From assembly GCA_964633875.1 (NCBI GenBank), contig CAZWKL010000004.1, positions 1,971 to 65,970 on the forward strand: 64,000 bases of DNA, written 5' to 3'. Numbering within the stretch: the stretch's first letter is position 1; every line of letters begins with the position of its first letter. Both the position numbers and the translations under genes were made by a program. The notes beneath the pieces are model-generated. The model was not told the DNA's origin, searched no databases, and saw only the letters and a program-made list of their open reading frames with translations. The stretch comes from an uncultured Pseudomonadales bacterium. GTDB taxonomy: Bacteria; Patescibacteriota; Microgenomatia; UBA1400; PJMF01. This document shows positions 1 through 8,908 of this stretch, in pieces.

Positions 1-45
1 ACAGGTTAAGCCTAGCTGTACTAAGAGTCTATTGAACATAATTTA
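1..45 (+). rRNA. rrl: 23S rRNA, 3' end (partial)
   Basis: ACAGGTTAAGCCTAGCTGTACTAA resembles the conserved 23S 3'-terminal segment (...GTTCAGCCGAGCNGTACTAA...). It lies about 110 nt upstream of a 5S gene. The end coordinate is approximate. Confidence 0.7.
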
Positions 46-157
46 ATGATGCTACTGACACTAATTAAGTATGTTGAGTTCTGGCAATCATGACAGTATC
101 TTCACCTGTTAGGGTGTTTAAAAAACCTTAACAAACCAAATAAAGAAAAAGCGTTTT

Positions 158-278
158 ATTCTGGTCTCCTGAGCGAGGTGGAACCAACTCTTCTCCATCC
201 CGAACAGAGTCTTGAAACGCCTCAGCGCTGACAATAATGCCCGGGCAACTGGGTGTGAAGATAGGTCGAGGCCAGAAT
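158..278 (+). rRNA. rrf: 5S rRNA
   Basis: Terminal helix ATTCTGGTCT/AGGCCAGAAT, loop C CCATCCCGAAC, GAAACGCCTCAGCGCTGA and GATAGGTCG; about 120 nt. Flanked by AAAAAGCG/CGCTTTTTTT, a processing stem plus T-tract. Confidence 0.93.
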
Positions 279-349
279 CAAGCGCTTTTTTTGTGGATCA
301 GTGATTTGAAAAGTTTTTCCTGAGGAAGTGAGTGGGAATGGAAGGAGTT

Positions 350-1906
350 CTAACTTTCCCTCTTTTCCAGCTGGTTGGAAATCCAGAAACTCCACACACC
401 TGAAGTAATGAAGAACAGTCCTCCAAAAATCAGGGCAAAAGTAGTGCCAACCGAGCCGGCTTCCATTAAGCTGCTATCGGTGGCTACGCCGCCCTTGCTG
501 GTTTCGGCAGAGTCGGTGGCCGGTGTGGCCGCAGGCGTGGCTGATTCAGTGGCGGTTAGATCTGGTGTAGACTCTGGAGTCGGTTCTGGGGTGGGCGTTG
601 GCGTAGCCATTGGGTAAGGGCTATTGGTGCTGAAGGGGCCATCTTGACCTGCTTGGTTTTCTTGAGCCTCTGCTGTCGGGATCAGGCCAGCCAACGTCAC
701 CCAAAAAGTTCTAGTAGTAGTGATTTCTTCTCCAGTTTCGTCGGTGTAAGTAAAGGTAGCAGTGTGTTCGCCTGGTTCCAGACTTTCTTCAAGTTGGGAC
801 AGATCGATAGTAAACTCACCATTTTCGTCACTGACAAGATCGGCTTCAACTACATTTTCTGAATTAATAGTAATTTTTACTAGAGTAGAAGGAGCAACAC
901 GGCCCTTAATAATAGGATTGGAAGTGGTGACAGTTTGTTCTTCTTCAAGATTGAGGTCGACAATATGATTTTCTTCAACCGGCTGTTCCACTGCTTTTTC
1001 AGCTTCTGTTCCCAGGCCAGTGACTACATTTTCATCTATTGCTTCCGTTACATTAGCGCTTTCAGTGCTATCGATATTATCAGTGTGATCGGCAAAATCT
1101 TCCAGCTCGGCGTCTTCAGCCAGCGGCCCATCTTCAGGTTCGGGCATGACAATGTCGTTACTGCCTAAAGTAATAGCGGGGAAAGGATGAGCATCGGCAA
1201 TTTTGGCTGTAAAAGTAGAGAACAAATTGACCGACTCACCTTGTGCGTAAATAGTGATTTCATCGGTGTCTTGGATTTCCGCGTAAGCGCCGGTGGAAGT
1301 TCTGGCATCAGACAGAGGCACGGCCCAGCTGCCGGATGTAGAAACGAGCGAGGACATTTCTTGCATATCGCTGCCGGTGACGTAAACGATAGCTCCATCT
1401 GCTGGCGCGCCTGCAGGCGTGAGAACCGAACCGGAAATGGTGCGTGCTGCCGGGGGAGTGTTGGCTCGGCCGGCCGTGGTGATGCTGAAAGGCGCGCCAT
1501 TATTATCAAAAGTGTTTTTGTCCGTGCCGATTAGAAAATAATACTGCGTACTCGGCTGAACTCCTCGAATAGTCACATAATGCAGCTTATACTTACCCAC
1601 AGTACCACTGACTTGATCGCGGTTGTCACTAGCTTGAGAATCCAGTTTTTTCGATTCCGCACCGTACTTCACAAACCCGGTGCTGGCTTCATCAGTCAGA
1701 AATGAAACCGCGAAACTGCGGTCGGTAACGTTAGTAATCCGAACTTGTTTGGGCGTGGTTTCCGGAGTCGCTCTGGGCGCAAAAACGCCGGGTCCTTCGC
1801 CAAGGAAAAGGGTGCCGGCGATTAAAGCCACCACCAAAATCACTAAACCAATAATAGTTGGAATTCTTTTTTGTGAAATTTTGCCGGACAGAGCACTATT
1901 TTTCAT
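350..1906 (-). CDS. Membrane-anchored surface protein with FN3 and Ig-like domains, PT linker and C-terminal TM
   Basis: N-terminal TM; FN3-like (VRITNVTDRSFAVSF...HYVTIRGVQPSTQYYF); acidic linker; Ig-like (NPIIKG...SDENGEF); PTPTPEPTP; LMEAG followed by a hydrophobic tail. Confidence 0.75.
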   Translation of the reverse strand: MKNSALSGKISQKRIPTIIGLVILVVALIAGTLFLGEGPGVFAPRATPETTPKQVRITNVTDRSFAVSFLTDEASTGFVKYGAESKKLDSQASDNRDQVSGTVGKYKLHYVTIRGVQPSTQYYFLIGTDKNTFDNNGAPFSITTAGRANTPPAARTISGSVLTPAGAPADGAIVYVTGSDMQEMSSLVSTSGSWAVPLSDARTSTGAYAEIQDTDEITIYAQGESVNLFSTFTAKIADAHPFPAITLGSNDIVMPEPEDGPLAEDAELEDFADHTDNIDSTESANVTEAIDENVVTGLGTEAEKAVEQPVEENHIVDLNLEEEQTVTTSNPIIKGRVAPSTLVKITINSENVVEADLVSDENGEFTIDLSQLEESLEPGEHTATFTYTDETGEEITTTRTFWVTLAGLIPTAEAQENQAGQDGPFSTNSPYPMATPTPTPEPTPESTPDLTATESATPAATPATDSAETSKGGVATDSSLMEAGSVGTTFALIFGGLFFITSGVWSFWISNQLEKRES

Positions 1907-2019
1907 TTATTCCCACAATCACAATATTAGCGGTCAACGCGCCTATCTTCACTTTAGAGAAGATTAGTCGAGAACGCAACGCGAAGAAGAAGCGAAGAAT
2001 ATTATCAAAAAAGGACAAA

Positions 2020-2565
2020 CTAGATCGGATTTTCAACATTGCCTCCACTGTTTTCGACTGACTGGTTGGGATTTATTGGTTGGGTTGGCGGCTCAGGAGT
2101 TGCCGGCAAAACCTGTTCTTGAGGGGAATCATTAATCACCATGTCGCTGGTGTCTTGACCAGTGTCGCTACCTCCAGCCAATGGACTTTCCACATTGCTC
2201 TCCGCTGCGACATTTTCCTCAGAATTATTTTCCAAAAACTCCTCTGTCTCTGTTTCGATTGGTACGACATATTTATTACCGTCACTACCGCGCAAAATTT
2301 TGTAAATTGTGAAATTTGTTAGTTCACTTTCGGTATAAAAGGGTTTTCTCGCCAATTCATCAATTACCTCAGCATTGATCACCGGTTGCAACGCCGCCGC
2401 CATTTCTTTTTGCGCCGCGGTGATAACAGTTTGCTGTTGTGAAGCAAAGAGACTGGCTGCCCCCCAGACAAACAAAAGGGTAAATAACAAAACGCCAATC
2501 ACCAAAAAAGTTTGGTTTTGCTTGATTTTATCTAGTTCTTGTCCGATGGTTAGTTGGCTTGCCAT
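2020..2565 (-). CDS. Single-TM hypothetical protein in the pilus operon (PilP position)
   Basis: N-terminal TM and a low-complexity C-terminus; directly downstream of pilO. Confidence 0.6.
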   Translation of the reverse strand: MASQLTIGQELDKIKQNQTFLVIGVLLFTLLFVWGAASLFASQQQTVITAAQKEMAAALQPVINAEVIDELARKPFYTESELTNFTIYKILRGSDGNKYVVPIETETEEFLENNSEENVAAESNVESPLAGGSDTGQDTSDMVINDSPQEQVLPATPEPPTQPINPNQSVENSGGNVENPI

Positions 2566-2566
2566 A

Positions 2567-3193
2567 TTATTTCTTTACAACTACTCCAAAATAAGGGAAG
2601 CTCATGGTCATTCTTGCTGACAACTCCCGATTGTCGTCGCTGTCACTTAGAGAAAAAGTCACACTGTCCACCACCACCGCACGCCTATTGGCCTGAAGCG
2701 CAGCAACAAAACCCCTGATAGCAAGATAATCTCCCATCACACTCATGTTGAGCGGCAGATTGGTTAACTCTTTTTGTCTGCTTCCTGCTTGGTTGTTTTC
2801 TTCTGCTGGAATTTCGTTAACGCTGAGATTTTGAATGACTACCTGATTATCAACGGCAATTTTTTCAATAATTTTGAGGTTGTGAATCAATTCGGGTTCT
2901 TCAGGAATGGCTTGGTTGAGCAAAGGCAGGCGTTCTTCCACCCGGCGGTACTCATTTTGAGCAGTGTTGAGAGCGGCAATTTTTCTCTCCAGCAAGGTGT
3001 TATGCTGGCGTTTGTCATCAATTTCCTTCAGCAAATTAGACATGGTCACCAAGGTAGGTCTGATGGCAAAAGCGCCCAAGAAAAGCACCAGCCCGATTGA
3101 TAAAAACAACTCCATGGAAACTTTTGCTACCGGATTTTGGTAGAAGTGAAGTAGGGCGCTGGATAGTTGTTTTTTTCTGCTCGTTGTTACCAT
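2567..3193 (-). CDS. pilO: Type IV pilus assembly protein PilO
   Basis: TM (FAIRPT), coiled coil, AIP, and a ferredoxin-like C-terminus (SVMGDYLAIRGFVAAL...RAVVVDSV). Confidence 0.8.
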   Translation of the reverse strand: MVTTSRKKQLSSALLHFYQNPVAKVSMELFLSIGLVLFLGAFAIRPTLVTMSNLLKEIDDKRQHNTLLERKIAALNTAQNEYRRVEERLPLLNQAIPEEPELIHNLKIIEKIAVDNQVVIQNLSVNEIPAEENNQAGSRQKELTNLPLNMSVMGDYLAIRGFVAALQANRRAVVVDSVTFSLSDSDDNRELSARMTMSFPYFGVVVKK

Positions 3194-3211
3194 ATTTGCT
3201 GATTTTAAATT

Positions 3212-3787
3212 TTATGATTCCTCAACCACTCTCACACTTAGTCCGGTTTTAGCTTTAAGGCTGAATTCATAGCCGGGGCGGCCTTCTTCTTGATTACTAA
3301 TTTCATCTACTCTAATATCAGAAAAGTGTTGCGAAAGTTGCAGGTTATTAATCAATAAATTAAGATTGTCTTGGGTAGCGGTGGTGCCTGCCAAAGAAAC
3401 TTCATCTTTCAGAATTCTCAATTCCGAAACGTCAATGCCCGGCGGCGTGACTTCGGAAATATAGGCGAAAATATCAACCAAGTTTTTATCCTTATTTATT
3501 TGTTCAATTTGTTTAGTTTTTTCCTGTACAGAGCGAAAATTCTGTTCGAGTTCACCATATGATTGAATGATGGCCTCGTTGTCTGTAATTTCAGTGTTAA
3601 TATTGGTGAGTTGACGGTCCAAAGTAAACCGCGCTAAGAAACTCATAATCACCACCACTTCAGTAAAGATGACAATGTAGCGGCCAGCCGACAGCGCCCA
3701 CTTCAAAGTTTTGCCAATAGCAGTCTCAAAAAATGGATCTTTGGGCAGTAGATTAATCTTAATGGCGACAGGCTTTTTTCTTTTCAT
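3212..3787 (-). CDS. pilN: Type IV pilus assembly protein PilN
   Basis: INLLP motif, TM, coiled coil, VTPPGI, LAG...F; upstream of pilO. Confidence 0.85.
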   Translation of the reverse strand: MKRKKPVAIKINLLPKDPFFETAIGKTLKWALSAGRYIVIFTEVVVIMSFLARFTLDRQLTNINTEITDNEAIIQSYGELEQNFRSVQEKTKQIEQINKDKNLVDIFAYISEVTPPGIDVSELRILKDEVSLAGTTATQDNLNLLINNLQLSQHFSDIRVDEISNQEEGRPGYEFSLKAKTGLSVRVVEES

Positions 3788-3828
3788 GGCGCAGGCTGGC
3801 GATTGATATATATACTATATACCAATTT

Positions 3829-5529
3829 TTAGAGTGAGTCATCCTCCCCACCTGAGTCAATAAGGATTTCTTCAGACTTAGACAGCGTTTTCTGCCATCT
3901 GCCCAGCGACCTCATGATGGTGGTCAAAATTCTCAGTTCCCAAATATCAAACAGAGCAGCAAAGTAAATATAAACCAGCATGCCGATGGTGCTGGTGGTA
4001 ATCGTTAAACCGATTAGTTCTACTGTTCGGGAAGTATTAAAGACCAGTTCATCCAGTACTTTGAAAGGCAAGTAGAGTGAAACAGCCATCAGAAAGCTGG
4101 CCATAGTCATCTTGAGCTGAGGCACCAACAGGCTTTTGGAAAGAATACCACCGATTTTTTTGTGCAGCAGCACGATAAACAACACCAGTTCCAGAATGGC
4201 GGTGAGCGCCAAAATGACAGCAATACCGACTATGCCCCAGTCAGTCAAGTACATGAGCAAACTGGTGCCGGCGAAAAAGAAGACTACCGTGCCGACGGTG
4301 ATGTAGAAAGGCGTTCGGGTATCTTTAAGTGCATAAAAAGTTCTGATCAAAAGCTGCACCATGGCTTGAGCAGCAATTGAGAGCGAGATAATGGCCACTG
4401 TCCGGCCGGTAATCAGTGTCAGCGCCCAGGGAAAATTTCTGGTTCCAAAAACCAAACGAACGATGGGAATTCTCAAAATTAGGATTAAAACAGAAGCGGG
4501 GAAGGCCAAAAAGGAAATTTGGTTGAGCGACTGTACTACCAAGTGCCTGAACCCTCTCAAATCTTTCTCTCCAGCTTCCTGGGATAAAAACGGCAGTGAA
4601 GCCTGGCCAATGGGTGTGCCAAACAATCTGATGGGAATGGTGATCAACAGCGTAGCCAGACGGATGACTACAAAACTTAAGTTCCCTACCGAGGTGGCAA
4701 AAAAGGCCAGCCCGAGTTTTTGTACCTCACCCACTCCTATGGTCAGGACTCTGGCGGGGATCAAGCTGAACAGTCTTTTGACACCAACAAAGTTGGTGTT
4801 GAGGGAGAAAACCGGCTTAAAGCCCAATCTAACTGCCAAAGGGACTTGGATCAGCATGTGGGTCAAAGCGCCAAAACAAACGCCAACGCCGGCTGAATAG
4901 ATTCCCAGATATGGTGTGAACAAATAGACGCCCAGCACGATGCCGATGTTGTAAAGAATCGGGGCAATACTGGGCAAAATAAACCGCTGGTATGACTGCA
5001 GCACTCCGGAAAGCATATTGGAGATGGCAAAGAAAACCTGTGCCAGCAGCATTACTTTGGTGAGATTGGCAGCGATCTCTACTTGCCGTTGAGAAAATTC
5101 AACACCCGTTCTCCAGGCAGTAATCGGCTCCGCAAAAACAAAAACAATCACGGCGGCGATAATAAAAACAATCAGCAAAATGTTCAAAACAATCCCGCTC
5201 ATGGCGAAAGCGTCTTTTTCGCTTTCTTTTTTGAGGTTGGAGAAAACCGGAATAAAAGCAGCTGACAGCGCGCCCAACACAATCAGTTGGAACATCATAT
5301 CAGGCACTTGGAAGGCCACGAGCAGCGCTTCGTAGGCTTCCTGGGAAGCATCGGTGTTAAAAAATTTATTGATCAGCAGCCATTCTCTGGCCAAGCCCGA
5401 CAAAGAGGAAATAATGTTGGCGCCGGTAATAATCGCCGCTGCGGACAGAATGGTAGTTTGTTGTTTTTCGAGCCATTTTGTCTGGTTAGCGAACACTTTT
5501 GGCAGTGGTAAATTTGGCAGTGCAAACAT
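3829..5529 (-). CDS. murJ: Lipid II flippase MurJ/MviN
   Basis: AFQVPD, GALSAAFIPVF, RTFYALKDTRTP; polytopic membrane protein. Confidence 0.93.
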   Translation of the reverse strand: MFALPNLPLPKVFANQTKWLEKQQTTILSAAAIITGANIISSLSGLAREWLLINKFFNTDASQEAYEALLVAFQVPDMMFQLIVLGALSAAFIPVFSNLKKESEKDAFAMSGIVLNILLIVFIIAAVIVFVFAEPITAWRTGVEFSQRQVEIAANLTKVMLLAQVFFAISNMLSGVLQSYQRFILPSIAPILYNIGIVLGVYLFTPYLGIYSAGVGVCFGALTHMLIQVPLAVRLGFKPVFSLNTNFVGVKRLFSLIPARVLTIGVGEVQKLGLAFFATSVGNLSFVVIRLATLLITIPIRLFGTPIGQASLPFLSQEAGEKDLRGFRHLVVQSLNQISFLAFPASVLILILRIPIVRLVFGTRNFPWALTLITGRTVAIISLSIAAQAMVQLLIRTFYALKDTRTPFYITVGTVVFFFAGTSLLMYLTDWGIVGIAVILALTAILELVLFIVLLHKKIGGILSKSLLVPQLKMTMASFLMAVSLYLPFKVLDELVFNTSRTVELIGLTITTSTIGMLVYIYFAALFDIWELRILTTIMRSLGRWQKTLSKSEEILIDSGGEDDSL

Positions 5530-5637
5530 GGATTTTAGTATAGCGCATTTATGGAGATTTATGACAGCAATCCGAGGTCAAAACTCCTTTATCTTTCCCC
5601 TTTGAAAACCCGGGCGAGTGAGGTATAATTTCCCCCT

Positions 5638-5877
5638 ATGCCGATACTATCTAATGCCAAAAAAGCTCTCAGAGTCAGCAAGCGAAAAACCGCCGTTAAC
5701 ACCCCTGTCCGTTCTCAGATGAAGACTAAGATTAAAAAATTCAGACTTGATCCATCTCAGGACATCATTGGCGAAACTTTTTCTTCCATTGACCGCGCGG
5801 CCAAAAAGAATTTGATTCACCAAAACAAAGCGGCCAGATTGAAGAGCCAGCTCACTAATTTACTTCCAAAAAAATAA
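5638..5877 (+). CDS. rpsT: 30S ribosomal protein S20
   Basis: AKKALRVSKRK...IDRAAKKNLIHQNKAARLKS. Confidence 0.97.
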   Translation: MPILSNAKKALRVSKRKTAVNTPVRSQMKTKIKKFRLDPSQDIIGETFSSIDRAAKKNLIHQNKAARLKSQLTNLLPKK

Positions 5878-5960
5878 AGCGGGAGAATTCCAGTCTTTAC
5901 CTCTATTGCTGTCGCTTTTACTCAAAGTACAAAAAGTACCAATAGTACAATAGAAGTTCT

Positions 5961-7766
5961 ATGCAAAGTATGATCAGGAATTTTTCCATTATTGCTCACA
6001 TTGATCACGGTAAAACTACCCTGACCGATCGTCTTTTGCGTCTGACCAATACTATTTCCGGCAAGCACCTGCGTGACCGGTTTATGGATTCCAACCCGAT
6101 TGAGCAGGAGCGCGGGATTACTATTAAGTTGGCCCCGGCCAGGATGGAGTACTCTTATCAGGGCGAAAAAGCTCCTCAAGGAAAATATATTCTGAATTTG
6201 ATTGATACTCCGGGCCATGTTGATTTTGGCTACGAAGTTAGCCGCTCTTTGGCGGCTTGTGAGGGAGTTTTGCTGGTGGTTGATGCTACTCAGGGCATTC
6301 AGGCTCAGACTTTGTCTAATTTTGAACAAGCTAAAGCTCTGGGCTTGACCATTGTTCCGGTGTTGAACAAAATTGATTTGCCTTCTGCCGAGCCGGAACG
6401 GGCAATGCTGGAAATCATGGATTTAACCGGTTGCGATGACAGCGAGATTATTGCTGTTTCTGCCAAGACTGGCAGCAATGTGACGGCGGTTTTGGACGCG
6501 GTGGTGGAAAAAATTCCTGCGCCTGCCGGCAATCAAAACGACCCGCTCAGAGCGCTCCTGATCACTTCCCATTTTGATTTGCACAAAGGGGCGATTGGCT
6601 TGATCCGCGTGGTGGACGGCGAGCTGTCCAAAAAAAACACGCTGCAGTTCGTGGCCTCAGACGAAATGATCACCTCGCTGGAAGTGGGCATTTTTGCCCC
6701 GGAAATGAAGCCGGTGGAAAAACTCAGCGCCGGCGAAGTGGGTTACGTAGCCACCGGCATGAAAGACATTCGTTTTTTGAAAATCGGCGACACCATGACT
6801 ACAGCCAGCGCCAGGCAAACAATCAAGCCTTTGCCAGGTTATCGCGAGCCGATCCCGATGGTTTTTATGGAACTCTACCCACTTGATGCCAGCGAGTTTA
6901 CTCTGTTGCAGGACGCGATGGAAAAATTGGCGCTGCGTGACGCGGCGCTGAAATTTTCCGGCACCAACTCGGTGGCGCTTGGCAGCGGCTTGCGGGTGGG
7001 TTTCTTGGGCATTTTGCACGCCGAAATTGTGATTGAACGGCTACAGCGCGAGTTTAACCTGGAAATTATTGCTACTCTGCCTTCGGTGACTTACAAAATC
7101 AGGCTGGTCAACGAAAGTGAAGAGTTTGAGATTCACACTCCGGGAGAAATGCCCGACCCCTCGCAAATTACCGAAATCAGAGAGCCGGTAGTAACCATGA
7201 CCATCTATGCTCCGCATGAGCAGGCTGGAGACGTTTTGTCTTTGGTTCGGGAGCGCCGGGGTGAGTTTGTGACCAGTCTGCCGGTGGGCAACCGGACTAA
7301 GCTCACTTGCACCATGCCATTGGCGGAGTTAATCACTGATTTCCATGATGTACTGAAATCGGTCACTTCCGGTTATGCTTCAATGGAATACTCGGTGACT
7401 GCGTTTGAAAAAGTTGACGCGGTTAAGGTGTCGATTCTGCTCAACAAAGAGCCGGTCGAAGCCCTGAGTTTCATTGCTGTTAGGGAAAAGGCAGAAAGCC
7501 GTGGCCGGGAAATGGTGGCCAAGCTGAAAGAGGTCTTGCCCAGACAGATGTTTGAACTGCCGATCCAGGCCAGTATTGGCAGTAAAGTTGTGGCCCGCGA
7601 AACTCTGAAGGCTTTCCGGAAGGACGTGACCGCTAAACTTTATGGTGGTGATGTGACCAGGCGAAAAAAATTACTTTCCAAGCAAGCTAAAGGTAAGAAA
7701 CGGATGAAGCAGTTTGGCAAAGTGGCAATTGATCAGGAAACATTTTTGAAAATTCTCAAGCGTTAG
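5961..7766 (+). CDS. lepA: Elongation factor 4 (LepA)
   Basis: IRNFSIIAHIDHGKTT, ERGITIK, DTPGHVDF, KLYGGDVTRRKKLL. Confidence 0.98.
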   Translation: MQSMIRNFSIIAHIDHGKTTLTDRLLRLTNTISGKHLRDRFMDSNPIEQERGITIKLAPARMEYSYQGEKAPQGKYILNLIDTPGHVDFGYEVSRSLAACEGVLLVVDATQGIQAQTLSNFEQAKALGLTIVPVLNKIDLPSAEPERAMLEIMDLTGCDDSEIIAVSAKTGSNVTAVLDAVVEKIPAPAGNQNDPLRALLITSHFDLHKGAIGLIRVVDGELSKKNTLQFVASDEMITSLEVGIFAPEMKPVEKLSAGEVGYVATGMKDIRFLKIGDTMTTASARQTIKPLPGYREPIPMVFMELYPLDASEFTLLQDAMEKLALRDAALKFSGTNSVALGSGLRVGFLGILHAEIVIERLQREFNLEIIATLPSVTYKIRLVNESEEFEIHTPGEMPDPSQITEIREPVVTMTIYAPHEQAGDVLSLVRERRGEFVTSLPVGNRTKLTCTMPLAELITDFHDVLKSVTSGYASMEYSVTAFEKVDAVKVSILLNKEPVEALSFIAVREKAESRGREMVAKLKEVLPRQMFELPIQASIGSKVVARETLKAFRKDVTAKLYGGDVTRRKKLLSKQAKGKKRMKQFGKVAIDQETFLKILKR

Positions 7767-7814
7767 TGTGCCAAGCGTTAGCTTTTTCAGGCAGACAAAT
7801 GTTATAATTGCTAT

Positions 7815-8534
7815 ATGCCTGAAATTTTTGACAGCGGGGATTTGCAAGGGGATCTGAAAACTAAAAAAGAAAATTCTCCTGCCAAAGTTTCCCCCAAGAG
7901 TAAAAAAGAAAAGTCTAACCACTGGCACCGTCATGTAGACGATTACTCCAACGTCATGCGCAGCGAAAAAGCCACGGAGGATCATTTTTCTTGGTATATC
8001 CCCAAACCCAAGCGGATGTCATTCAGTGAACAAGAGCAAGATGAGCATCTAATTTTAGTTTTGCGTCAGCACCCAATCACTCAGTTGAAATGGTTTTTGT
8101 TGGCCGTAGTGTTGTCAATCATGCCGTTTTTATTTATTACCACCGGCATGTTTAATTTTCTACCCGACAGATTTTATCTTGCGGGATTTATTGGTTGGTA
8201 TTTGCTGGTGGCCGGGTACGTAATCGAAGCGCTGCTGAAGTGGTTTTACAATGTTTACATCATTACCGATGAAAGAATTGTTGATGTCGATTTCCACTCG
8301 CTTTTAAGCAGGAATATTTCTTCTGCTAAAATTGACAAAATTGAAGACGTGACAGCCATTACTACTGGTTTTTTGGCCGCAGTTTTTGACTATGGGAAGG
8401 TAGAGATTCAGACGGCGGCAGAAAAGCGCGAATTTGAGTTTGGAGGTATCCCCAATCCCAACAGGGTAGCTACTTTGATTAACGAACTCCTGCTTGAGGA
8501 AGAGTTGGAAAAAGTTGAAGGGAGGGTGAGATGA
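7815..8534 (+). CDS. Membrane protein with bacterial PH (bPH_2-like) domain
   Basis: Two TM helices, then YIITDERIVDVDF...DYGKVEIQTA. Confidence 0.75.
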   Translation: MPEIFDSGDLQGDLKTKKENSPAKVSPKSKKEKSNHWHRHVDDYSNVMRSEKATEDHFSWYIPKPKRMSFSEQEQDEHLILVLRQHPITQLKWFLLAVVLSIMPFLFITTGMFNFLPDRFYLAGFIGWYLLVAGYVIEALLKWFYNVYIITDERIVDVDFHSLLSRNISSAKIDKIEDVTAITTGFLAAVFDYGKVEIQTAAEKREFEFGGIPNPNRVATLINELLLEEELEKVEGRVR

Positions 8535-8800
8535 TCAATTTATTTCAAGCCACAATTTCATCCCAGCCGTTTGCCAGCCCTCTGCTTGCTTCGCCTGAAG
8601 CTTTGTTTTATGGTTTTTTGAAAGTTATTTTTGTGGTTGGCGCTCTGCTTTATTTAATTTTTGCTGTCTTAATTATTAGGCAAGTCGGCCTGATGAGCAG
8701 AACCATCGTGACTGGTCCATCAGCATTGCTGAAAACTTTGGTGTTGGCTCATTTTTTCGTGGCAGGCGTGGTCTTTCTATTTTTCACTTTTATCCTGTAG
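8531..8800 (+). CDS. Small 2-TM protein (DUF5657-like)
   Basis: LYLIFAVLIIRQVGLMSRTI pattern; ATGA overlap with the upstream gene. Confidence 0.65.
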   Translation: MINLFQATISSQPFASPLLASPEALFYGFLKVIFVVGALLYLIFAVLIIRQVGLMSRTIVTGPSALLKTLVLAHFFVAGVVFLFFTFIL

Positions 8801-8908
8801 AGAATTAAAACTTACCCAATCCGACAAAAATTTGCTTTAACCGCATAGAAGTGATACAAAATAATCATTAGTATCTCGTTTTTGCGCAATCGTGATAGAA
8901 TAAAAAAG

